The translations under genes and the position numbers were made by a program. A model generated the notes under the pieces. The model saw only the letters and a list, made by a program, of their open reading frames with translations, searched no databases and was not told where the DNA came from. From positions 39,680,001-39,744,000 of the forward strand of contig CM069144.1 in NCBI GenBank assembly GCA_035221665.1: a stretch of DNA of 64,000 nucleotides, given 5' to 3'. The stretch comes from Okamejei kenojei (lineage: Eukaryota). This document shows positions 39,001 through 49,600 of the stretch, in pieces; the first letter of the stretch is position 1, and every line of letters begins with the position of its first letter.

Positions 39001-40087
39001 CTCCATTCTAATCCTGGGAAAGTTCAACAGCACAACTGTGCAATTACAACTCATGTCCATTCAGAGGTTGATTTTAAAAGAGTTAAAAAAATCTAACAGA
39101 AAAAGACAGTGTTGGAGTAACTCAGGCAAGGCAGCATCTCTGCAGAATATGGATCGTTAACATTTTGGGTCAGGACCCTTCAGTTTTTGTAAACCAGTAT
39201 CTGAAGTATCATGCATCTCCACAAACTACCAGATTAGCTTGAGAATTAAACAATGCCACAAAACCAAACCACCTAAAAGCGAACACAGAGCGAACAGTTA
39301 AACCATTACCAAAAAAATCATCAGGTTTACAACCTGGCAAGCCTTCGAAAGGTCAATGGGGACATTTGTAGCAATCTTGGAAGTCCAGCATGTCAGGAAG
39401 GTGCAGAGGAAAAATAGGCAAGAGCAATAACGCTGATCACACAAGACTCCGGACGCTGCAATCAAACAAAACTGGGTAACACCAGTGACAACGCTCAGCA
39501 TCTGTAGGAATATGGGAATATATAAAGAATATGGGAAGACAGGTGGGAGGTGAACAGGGAACAAGGGCAGTTGTGAATGTCACAGGAAGTCCTTGTTTGT
39601 CACCTACAGATCTGCTCTAGTTGACGAGCTCCTAGTTGGAACGGGTTGGGGAAGCGTGTAAAGGATGCACACACACAGTCAGTGAATTTGAGACACCTGT
39701 TAAGAACCAGCATCGGCTGAGGGCTGAACGACCGGCTGCCCTCAGCGTTTCCGGAGGGCAGGGCAGCGAGAGGAGCGTAACGTGAGCGCTTGGCGGCGCC
39801 GGGCCCAGGCTTCATTACCCGCCCGGAGCACAGCAGAATCCCTCAACGTTTTGACCACGACCCCTCTGCTCGCGTCCCCGCCGAGATAACGGGGCCGCCC
39901 GTCGCCCTCCAGGGTGAAAGTCTGCGACTAACTGTGGCTAACGAACCTAACAAAGATGCAGCGGGAAAATTCTGGAGGCGTCGGCTCCTTGTCCCTGTGG
40001 AGGGCGAGATATACCGTGAGGCGCTCACGCCACCCGGCAGGCATCCCTCACCACATGCCGCCGCCGAGCTCCCGGCTCGGGACTGAT
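36065..40087 (-). ncRNA. Candidate spliced Pol II transcript (lncRNA or small-ORF gene), ~7 exons
   Basis: TATA plus Inr. Predicted exons 40087-40052, 39696-39604, 39501-39310, 38630-38611, 37495-37433, 37366-37187, 36407-~36065. ATTAAA at 36089-36084. Some donors are weak. Confidence 0.5.
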
Positions 40088-40442
40088 GGCGCCTGTCGCT
40101 CCGCCCTGCTATTTATAGACTGCGACCAAGCGAAAGCGCTACCAACTGACAATCAGCCCCAACGCCACTGCATGGGGGGGGGGAGAAGCAATGAGACACC
40201 GAGAAGCAGATTTTAACGTTAATTTCCCCTCCGTTACAAGGTATTTCAATCCGCGGCATAAATCAAATACGATTTCAGACCTGTTTTTGTTATTGGTCTG
40301 CGTAGGTTAGTGTGAAGGCCTGTTTTTGCTGAGTTTGCCTCTCACGCTGCCGCGACGTCCCCCCGGCCCCCTGATCGGCGGGCCGGGCGCCGGCTGACGT
40401 CATTGAGGGGCGGGCGGAGCGTGGGGGCAAAAAAATAAAATT

Positions 40443-40444
<2 letters not shown>

Positions 40445-40526
<82 letters not shown>
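40445..40526 (+). repeat. Poly-G homopolymer (~82 nt)
   Basis: Read directly; the length may be a sequencing artefact. Confidence 0.9.
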
Positions 40527-40527
<1 letters not shown>

Positions 40528-40665
40528 GGGCGGGATCCGGGTCCTGGCGCCGGCGCGCGCTCCCAGCCGCCGCCCCCTCCCCGCCCGACCGACCGACGAA
40601 GACCGACCCACCGGGTTCACCCTCCCTCCCTCCCCTTTGTCATCGATCGCGGCTGGACACCTGGC

Positions 40666-40699
40666 ATGACATCTCCGATCAGCAGCCAAGAGTGTGCAG
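40666..40699 (+). CDS. PHF13/23-like coding exon 1 (MTSPISSQECA)
   Basis: ggcATG in a CpG island, CAG|gtgagg donor, phase 1, in frame with the next exon. Confidence 0.72.
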
Positions 40700-43600
40700 G
40701 TGAGGGGCGGCGCGAATTTGGTGATCGTGAGGGCTCGCACATTTAATTTTGTGGCTTGGGGCAATGGAGATGAGTGTGGGGCATGCGGCTGGGCACCTCA
40801 CTAACTCCCTCCCTCCCTCCCTCTCTCCCTCTGCCTCCCCCTCCCCCCTCCCGTCTCTCTGCCCCTCATTCCCCTCCCCGTCTCTCTGCCATCCCTCCCT
40901 TCCCCTCCCCGTCTCTCCTGCCCCACATCCCCTCCCCGTCCTCTGCCCCCTCAACCCCTCCCTCCACCCTCCCCCCGTCTTCTCTGCCCCCCTCCCATCA
41001 CCCTCCCCGTCTCTCGCCCCCCTCCCTTCCCCTCCCCTCCCCTACCCCTCGTGCCTCCCCCCTCCCCGTCTCTCCTGCCCGCCCCCCCTCCTCGTCTCTC
41101 TGGCCGCCCCCCTCCTCGTCTCTCTGCCCCCCCCTCCACCCGGTCTCATCTCTGCCCCCCCCCCCCGTCTCTCTGCCCCCCTCCCCTCCCCGTCTCTCTG
41201 CCCCCCGATCCCCTCCCCTCCCCTCCCGTCTCTCTGCCCCCATCCCATTCCCCTCACCCTCCCCCCTCCCCGTCTCTCTGCCCACCCTCCCCGTCACTCT
41301 CCCTCCCCCCCCCCGTTCTCTCTCCCCCCTCCCCTCCCCTCCCCGTCTCTCTGGCCCCCCTCCCCCTCCCCGTCTCTCTGCCCTCCCTCCCCTCCCCCCT
41401 CCCCGTCTGCTCTCCTTCCTCTCCCACCCCTCCCCGTCTCTCTGCCCCCTTCCCTCCTCCCGTCTCTCTCTGACCCCCCAATCACATCACCTAACCTCCC
41501 CCCCCTCACCCGTCTCTCTGCCTCCCATCCCCTCCCCTCCCCGTCCCGGCCCCCCCACCCTCCCCTCCCCTCTGCCCCCCTCCCGTCCCCTCCCCGTCTC
41601 TTGGCCCCCCCTCCACACTCCCTCCCCGTCTCTTTGTTGCCCCCCCTCTCCTGCCTCCCCCCTCCCCTCACCCGTTCTCTCTGCCCCCCTCCCCGTCTCT
41701 CCTGCACCCCCTCCCCTATCTCTGCCCCGCCCCCTCCCCAGTCTCTCTCCCCCCCCTCCCCGTCTCTCTGCCCCCCCCTCCCCGTCTCTTCTGCCCCCCC
41801 TCCCCTCCCCTCCCCGTGCTCTCTGCCCCCTCCCCTCCACCGTCTCTCTTGCCACCCCTCCCCTCTCCCTCCCCGTCTCTCTCTGCCCCCCTCACCCTCC
41901 CCTTCCCCGTCTCTCTGCCCCCCTCTCCCTCCCCGTCTCTCTGCCCCCCTCCCCTCTGGCCCCCCTCCCCTCTGCCCCCCTCCCCACCCTCCCCGTTCTA
42001 CGCCCGTTTCTTGCCCCCATCCCCTCACCGTCTCTGTGCCCCATTCCCCTCTCTCCTCCCTCTGTGCCCCCATCCCCTCCCCGTCTCTCTGCCCCCCTCC
42101 CCCCCGTCCTCTCTGCCCCCCCTCCCCCCCGTCTCTCTGCCCCCCCTCCCCCCCTCTCTCTGCCCCCCCTCCCCCCCGTCTCTCTGCCCCCCCTCCCCCC
42201 GTCTCTCTTCTCCTGCTGCCCCCCCTCCCCCCCCGTCTCTCTGCCCCCCCTCCCCCCCGGGTCTCTCTGCCCCCCCCTCCCGTCTCATCTGCCCCCCCTC
42301 CCCGTCTCTCTGCCCCCCCTCCCCTCCCCGTTTCTCTGCCTCCCTCACCCTCCCCTTCCCCGTCTTCTTTGCCCCCGACCCTCCCTCCCCCTCCCCGTCC
42401 TCTCTGCGCCGCCCTACCCTCCCTCCCCTCCCCTCCTCGTCTCTGCCCCCCCACCCCTCCCCGTCTCCGTGCCCCCTCCCCGTCTCCCTCCGCCGTGCTC
42501 TGCCCCCTCCCCTCCCCCGTCATCTCTGGCCCCCCTCCCCGTCTCTCTCTTGCCCCCTCCCCTCCCCGTCACTCTGTTCTCTGTGCCCCCCTCACCCTTT
42601 GCCCCGTCTCTTTGCCCTCCCCGACCCCTCGCCGTACTCTCTGGCCCCCCTCCCCTCCCCTCCCCTCCCCTCCCCGTCTCTCTGCACCCCTCCCCTTCCC
42701 CGTCTCTGTGCCCCCACTGCCCGCTCCCCGTCTCTTCTGCCCCCCTCCCCCTCCCCGTCTCCCTCTGCCCCCCTCCCCCTCCCCATCCACCCGTCTCTCT
42801 GGCTTCCCCTCCCCGTTCTCTCTGCTCCAACCCCTCCCCCTCCCGGTCTCTCTGCCCCCCTCCCCTCCCCGTCTCATCTTGCCCCCCTCCCCTCCCCTCC
42901 CCGTCTCTGTGCCCCTCCCCTCGCCCGTCCTCTCTGCCCCCCTCTCCCTCCCCGTCTCCTCTGCCCCCCTCCCCCTCCCCACCCCTCCCCGTCTCACTGC
43001 TCCCCCTCTCCCGCTCTTCTCTCTGCTCCACTCCCCTCCCCTCCCCGTCTCCTCTCTGTCTGCCACCCCTCCCCTCCCCGTCCTCTGCCCCCCCTCCCCT
43101 CCCCTCCCCTCCCCGTCCCCTCTGTGCCCCCAATACTCCCTCCCGCCGTCTCTCTGCCTCCTCCCCACCCCTTCCCGTCTCTCTGCCCCCCTCCCCGTCT
43201 CTCTGCCCCCCCTCCCCCCCCCTCCCATCCTCCCCCCTCCCTCCTCCCCCCCTCCCCCCCTGTCTCTCTGCCCCCCTCCCCCTCCCCTCCCCTCCCCTCA
43301 TCCTCTTCCCCCCCCGTCTCTTTGCCCCCCTCCCCCTGCCCCTCTCGTCCCCGTCTCGTTGCCCCCTCGCCCTCCCCCTCCCCGTCTCTTTGCTTGCTTA
43401 GCCCCCGCCCTCCCCCTCCCCTTTGGCCCCCCCCTCCCCTCCCCGTCCCCTCCCCGTCTCCCGTTCCCCTCCCCGTTCTCTTTGGGCCCCCACCCCTCCC
43501 CGTCTCTTTGCCCCGCCTCCCCTCCCCGTCTCTTGCCCCCCCTCCCACTCCCCCCCCGTCCTTTGCCCCCCTTCCCCTTCCCCTTCCCCTCCCCTCCGTT

Positions 43601-46600
43601 CCCCGTCTCTCTGGAGCCACCCTCCCCTCCCCTCCCCGTCTCTCTGTCTCTCTGCCCCCCTCCCCGATCTTCTGCCTCCCGCCTCCCCCCCCTCCCCGTC
43701 CTCTCTGCCCCCCTCCCCCTCCCCTCCCCGTCCTCGTCTGCCCCCCTCCCCTCCCCTCCCCGTCCTCTTCTCTGCTCCTGCCTTCCCGCCCTCCCCCCTC
43801 CCCTCCCCTCCCTCTGCCAACCCCTCACCCTCTCCCTCCCGCGTCTCTCTGCCCCTCCCCTCCCCTCCCGTTCTCTCTGCCCCCCCTCCCGTCCTCTCTG
43901 CACCCCCTCCCCTCCCGTCTCTCTGCCTCCCCCTCCCCTCCCGTCTCTCTGCCCCCCTTCCCCTCCCCTCCCCCTCCTCGTCTCTCTGCCCCCCCGCCCA
44001 CCCTCCTCTCTGCCCCCACCCCTCCCGTCTCTCTGCCCCCCCTCCCCTCCCAGTCTCTCTGCCCCCCCTCCCTCCGTCTCTCTGCCCCCCCCTCTCCCCC
44101 CCTCCCCTCCCGTTCTCTCTGCCCCCGCTCCCCTCTCGTCCTCTCTGCCCCCCCTCCCTTCCCGTCCTCTGGCCCCCCTCCCCTCCCGTCTCTCTGCCCC
44201 CCCCACCCCTCCCTCTCTCTGCACCCCCCTCCCCTCGCCTTCACTCTTCCCCCCCACCCCTCCACCCGTCCCGTCCTCATCCTGGCCCCCACCCCTCCCC
44301 TACCCCTCCCCGTCTCTCTGCCCCGCCCTCCCCTCCCCGTCCCCGTCTCACGTGCCCCCCTCCGCCTCCCCGTCTCTCTGGGCCCCCCTCCCTCTCCCTC
44401 CCCGTCGTCTCTGGCCCCCCTCCCTCCCACCGTCTCTCTGCCCCCCCTCACCCTCTGCCCCCCCCTCCCCTCATGCCCCCACCCCTCCCCTCCCGCTCCC
44501 CGTTTCTGTGGCCCCCCCCAATCCGCCTCGCCCGCTCTGTGCCCCCATCCCCTCCACCCGTCTTCTGTGCCCCCCCCATCCCCTCCCCGTCTCTGTGGCC
44601 CCCATCCCCCTCCGCCGTTCCTCTCTGCCCCCCCTACCCCCCCGTCTCTCTGGCCCCCCCTCCCCCCTCGTCTCTCTGGGCCCCCCCTCCCCCCCGTCTC
44701 TCTGGCCCCCCCCTCCCCCCCGTCCTCTCTGCCCCCCCTCCCCCCCCGTCCCTCTCTGCCCAACCCCTCCCCCCCGTCTCTCTGCCCCCCCCCTCCCCCC
44801 CGTCTCTCTGCCCCCCCTCCCCCCAGTCTCTCTTGCCCCCCCCTCCCCCCCGTCTCTCTGCCCTCCCCTCCCCGTCTCTCTGCTCTCAGCCCCCCCTCCC
44901 CGTCTCTCTGCCCCCCCCTTCGGCCCCTCCCCCTCCCCGTTTCTCTGCCTCCCCTCCCCTCCCCTCCCCGTCACTTTCTTTGCCCCCCCTCCCCACCCCA
45001 CCGCCGTCTCTCTGCCCCCCCTCACCCCTCCCCCTCCCCCGTCTCGTCTGCCCCCCTCCCCTCCCCTCCCCTCCGCCGTCTCTGCCCCCACGCCCCTCCC
45101 CTCCCCGTTCTCTCTGCTGTGCCGCCCTCCCCTTCCCTCGCCCTCCCCGTCTCTGCCCCCCTCCCCTCCCCGTCTCTCTGCCCCCCTCCCCGTCTCCTCT
45201 GCCCCCCTTCCCCTCCCCGTCTCTCTGCCCCCCTCCCCTTTGCCCCGTCTCTCTGCCCCCCCCCCTCCCTCCTCTTTGCCCCCCCTCCCCTCCCCGACTC
45301 TCTGCCCCCCTCCCCTCCCCTCCTCATCCCCTCCCCGTCTCTACTGCTCCCCTCCCCTCCCCGTCTCTTTCCCCCCTCTCCCCTCCCCGTCTCTCTGCCC
45401 GCCTCCCCTCCCCGCTCTCTGCCGCCCACCTCCCAGTCCCTCCCCGGGTCTCTCTGCTCCCCTCCCCGTCTCTCTGCGTCCACTCCCCTCCCCCTCCCGC
45501 CCCGTCTCTCTGCCTGCCGCCCCTCCCCTCCCCGTCTCTCTGCCCCCCTCCCCTCCCCTCCCCGTCTCTGTTCCCCCCCTCCCCTCCCCTCCCCGTCTCT
45601 GTGGCCCCCTCCCCCTCCCCCGTGCCTCTCTGCCCCCCTCCCCTCCCCGTCTCTCTGCCTCCCCTCGCCCTCCCCTTCCCCCCCCGTCCCTCTCCTTGGC
45701 TCGCCCCTCCCCCCGACCCTCTCTGCTCCACTCCCCCCTCCCTCATTCCCCGGCCTCACTCCTCCTGCGCCCCTGCCCCCCTCCCCTCCCCGTCTCTCTG
45801 CCCCCCTCCCCTCCCCTCCCTCTCCCGTCTCTGTGGCCGCCATCCCCTCCCCGTCTCTCTTCCTCCTCCCCTCCCCTTCCCGTCCCACTCTCTGCCCCAC
45901 CTCCCCGTCTCTCTGCCCCCCTCCCCCCCCCTCCTCCTCCCCCCCCCTCCTCCCCCCTACCCCCCCGTCTCTCTGCCTCCCCCCTCTCTCCCCTCACCCT
46001 CCCCTCCGCCCTCCCCTCCCCGTCATCATTTGCCCCCCCTCCCCTCCCCCCCGTCTCTTTGCCCCCCTCCCCCCCCGTCTCATCTTGCCCCCCTCCCCTC
46101 CCTCAGCCCGTCTCTTTGCCCCCCTCTCCCTCCCCTCCCCGTCTCTTCGCCCCCCCCTCCTCCCCTCCTCTTTGCCCCCCCTCCCACCTCCCCGTCCCCT
46201 CCCGACCCCTCCCCTCCTCCGTCTCTTTGCCCCGCATCCCCTCCCGTCTCTTTGCCCCCCCCTCCCCGTCCCCGTCTCTTGCCCCCCCTCCCATCCCCTC
46301 CCGTCTCATTGCCGCACCTCCCCCCTCCCCTCCCTCCCCCTCCCCGTCTCTCTGCCCCCTCCCCTCCCCTCCCCGACTCTCTGCCCCTCCCCGTCTCTCT
46401 TCCTTCCGCCTCCCCTCCTCCTCCCCTTCTCTCCTGCCAACCCCTCCCCTCCCCTCTCCGCCCGTCTCTCTGCCCCCCTCCCCTCCCCCCCGTCTCTCCT
46501 CCTTCCGCCTCCCCCCTCCGCCTCACCCCACCCTCTGCCCCCCTCCCCTCCCCTCCCGTCTATCTCCCCTCACCGTCCCCTCCCGGTCACTCCTGGCCCC

Positions 46601-49600
46601 CCCTCCCTTCTCTCTGCCCCCCCTCCCCTCCCCTCCCCTCCGTCTCTCTGCCCCCCCCTCCGCCGCCGTCTCTCTGCCGCCCCCCCCTGACCCTCACCCT
46701 CACCCCCCCACCCGTCTCTCAGCCCCCCCTCCCCTCCCCGTCTCTCTGAGCCCCCCCTCCCCTCCCCTCCCCTCCCCGTCTCGACTGCCCCCACCCTTCC
46801 CGTCTCTCTGCCCCACCTCCCCCCTCCGTCTCTCTGCCCCCCCTCCCCTCCGTCTCTCTGCCCCCCCTCTGCCCTCCCGTCCCTCTCTGCCCCCCCTCGC
46901 CCTCCCGCTCTCTGCCTCCGCCCTCCCCTCCCGTCTCTCTGGCCCCCCCCTCCCTCCCGTCTCCTCTGCCCCCCCCTCCCTCCCCACTCCCGTCTCTCTG
47001 CCCCCCCCCTCCCCTCCCCTCCCGTCCTCGTCTGCCGTGGCTGCCCCCCCCCCTCCCCTACCCCCTCCCGTCTCTCTGCTCTGGCTCCTGGCCCCCCCCC
47101 TTCCCCTCCCTTTCCCGTCTCTCTGGCCTCCCCTCACCTCCCGTCTCTCTGCCCCCCCTCCCCTCGTCCCTCCCGTCTCTCTGCCCCCCCCTCCCTCTTC
47201 CCATCCCGTCTCTGCACCCCTGCCCCCGCCCTCCCCTCTCCGTCTCTCTGCCCCCCTCCCCTCCCGTCTCTTCTGCCCCCCTCCCCTCCCGTCTCTCTGC
47301 CCCCCTCCCTCCCGTCTCTCTGCCCCCCTCCCCCCCCCGTCCTCTCTGCCCCCCCTCCCCTCCCTCTCTCTGCCCCGCCTCCCCTCCCGTCTCTCTGCCC
47401 CCCTCCCCTCCCGTCTCTCTGCCCCCACCCTCCCCCTCCCCGCACTCCCTCCCCTCTGCCCCCCTCCCCCCTCCCCTCCCCTCCCCACCCCTCCTCCTCC
47501 CCTCCCTCCCCCTCCTCCCCTCCCCTCTACCCTCCCCCCCTCACCCTCCCCTCCCTCTTGCCCCCAAAATCTCCCCTTCCCCTGCTCCCCCCTCCCCTCT
47601 CTCTGCCCCCCCTCCCCTGCCCCTCTCCTGCCCCCCTCCCCTCTCTCCTGCCCCCTCCCCTCTCTCTGCCCCCGCTCCCTCCCTCTGGCCCCCCTCCCTC
47701 TCTCTGCCCTCCCTCCCTCCCCTCCCCTCTCTCTGCCCCCCTCCCCTTTCCGTCTCTCTTGCCCCCCTCACCCTTCCCGTCTCCTCTGCCCCCCCTCCCC
47801 TCCCCCTCCCGTCCCTCTGCATCCCCCTCCCCTCCCGTCCACGCTGCCCCCCCTCCCCTCCCTCCCCGTCTCTCTGCCCCACTCTCACCCGTCCCCGTCC
47901 CCCTCTCTTCTCTGCCGCCCCTCCCTCCCCTCCCCTCTCTCGGCCCCCCTCCCCTCTCTCTGGCTCTCCCCCCTCCGCCCTCTCTCTGCCCCCACTCCCC
48001 TTCCGTCTCTCTGCCCCCCTCGCCGTCCGTCCTCGACTGCCCTCCCCTCCCCTCCACTCCCCCGTCCCCTCTGCCTGCCCCCCCTCTCCCGACTCGCGTG
48101 CCTCCCCCCCGTCTCTCTGCCCCCCTCTCCCGTCTCTCTGCCTCCCCCTCCCCGACTCTCTGCCTCCCCATCCCCCTTCTCTCTGCCTCCCCCTCCCCGT
48201 CTCTCGAGCCTCCCCCTCACCCGTCTCCTCCTGCCTTCCCCCTCCCCGTCTCTCTGCTGCCTCCCCCTCACTCACCCGTCTCTCTGCCTCCCCCTCCCCG
48301 TGCTCTCTGCCTCCCCCACCCCGTCTCTCTGCCTCCCCCTCCCCAGTCCCCTCTGCCTCCCCCCTCCCCGTCCCCTCTGCTGCCTCCCCCTCCACCCGTT
48401 CCCCTCTGCCTCCCCTCCTCGTCCCCTCTGCCTCCCCGCAGTCCCCCGTCCCCTCTGCCTCCCCCTCCCCGTCCCCTCTGCCTCCTCCCTCCCCGTCGAC
48501 TCCCCCTCCCCCCTCCCCGTCGCCTCCCCCCACCCCCTCACCTGTCGCCTCCCCCTCCCCGTCCCCTCTGCCTCCCCCTCCCGTCCCCTCTGCCTGTCAG
48601 CCATCCCCACCCCTCTGCCCTGTCTGTTCCCTCCCCGTCCCCTCTGCCTGTCATCTCTCTCATATTGTCCCTCCCCGTCCCCTCCCTGCCTGTCTGTCCC
48701 GTGCCTGTCCTGTCCCTCCCCGTCCCCTAAGCCTGTCTGTCGCCTCCCCGTCCCCTCTGTCTGCCTGTCTGTCCCCAGCCCCGTCCCCCTCTGCCTGCCT
48801 GCTGTCCCCCTGCTTAACACCCGTCTGCCTCCCACGCTGTACATTTTATCCTCGGTAAACAAGAAGGGCAAATTTTAATCAGATCTTGCAACACGATAGC
48901 ACGCCGGAGTTGCCCTCTCAGACCCCACGTTGCCTTGTAGAGTGATCTTTAAGGTCTACAATTTTATACTGGGCACTCGCTGAATTCTTTCGCAACTCCG
49001 TATGTGGTGTGTCTCTCTCCCTGCGTCTCTGCTACGTGGTGAGTGAGTGAGAGAGGTTGGTTTTGTGTCTCTCCTGTGTGCTGTGTATGAGGCTGCCCGT
49101 GTCTCTCGTCGCTGTTTATTGTGTGTACTATTTCCGTTACAATTAATCTTAAGTGCGTTTATCTCTTGACAGAGCCGGCCCTCCGGAGCGCGGCGATGTC
49201 TGAGGTGAGTTCCTCAGTCCAGGGTTTATTTGAATTTGTTCTTTTAGCTTCCCTTGCGGGAAGCTCGCATTGTGTGTGTAGTAGCTTGTGGAAGCTCCTT
49301 GTATCTGCCAGGCAGCCTGGGAGTAGGAGCGCAGCCGAGGGGGTGCTTGTTTGGGGATTTTGTCCGGGATCGATGAATGCAATGTAGGGGAGGTGTGGGA
49401 AGTCGGCCAAAATGTATGATAGATCGCGGGTTGTTGTCCCACGGTCATTTATTGTCCCTACCGGTTCCTGTTGCATGGGAAAAGCCCGAATGGGCGGTCT
49501 GAGCACTTTGGGTACAAGCGCGGGCTCAGCCGTCGCCATCTCTTGCGTGGAGTGTCCAAAAAAAAATTGAGTGGTGGATTCAACAAAGGCTACAAAGAGT

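Larger units (their letters stand above)
39700..40760. promoter_or_regulatory. CpG island / bidirectional promoter
   Basis: CpG-dense. Full CRE TGACGTCA at 40395-40402, GC box at 40407-40414, minus-strand CCAAT at ~40293, minus-strand TATAAATA at 40117-40110 and Inr-like TCAGTC at 40086-40081. Confidence 0.8.

Noticed and set aside
39495-39501. Cys-TGA at the end of the uORF as a possible selenocysteine
   Set aside because: A second TGA follows within ~11 codons and no SECIS element was identified.
39826-39842. cacagcagaa match to the CPEB3/HDV-like ribozyme
   Set aside because: The rest of the nested pseudoknot is absent.
39920-39975. Resemblance to telomerase RNA (ctaac repeats, cagcgggaaaa)
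   Set aside because: No CTAACCCTAA template, and no pseudoknot or CR4/5 elements in the right order.
40342-40764. Poly-Pro / poly-Gly ORFs
   Set aside because: Translation of the poly-G tract.
40749-48878. 2709-aa Pro-rich ORF and the many overlapping Pro- or Gly/Arg-rich ORFs on both strands
   Set aside because: They come from an A-poor minisatellite in which stop codons can hardly occur; all frames are open and the region lies in a GT-AG intron.
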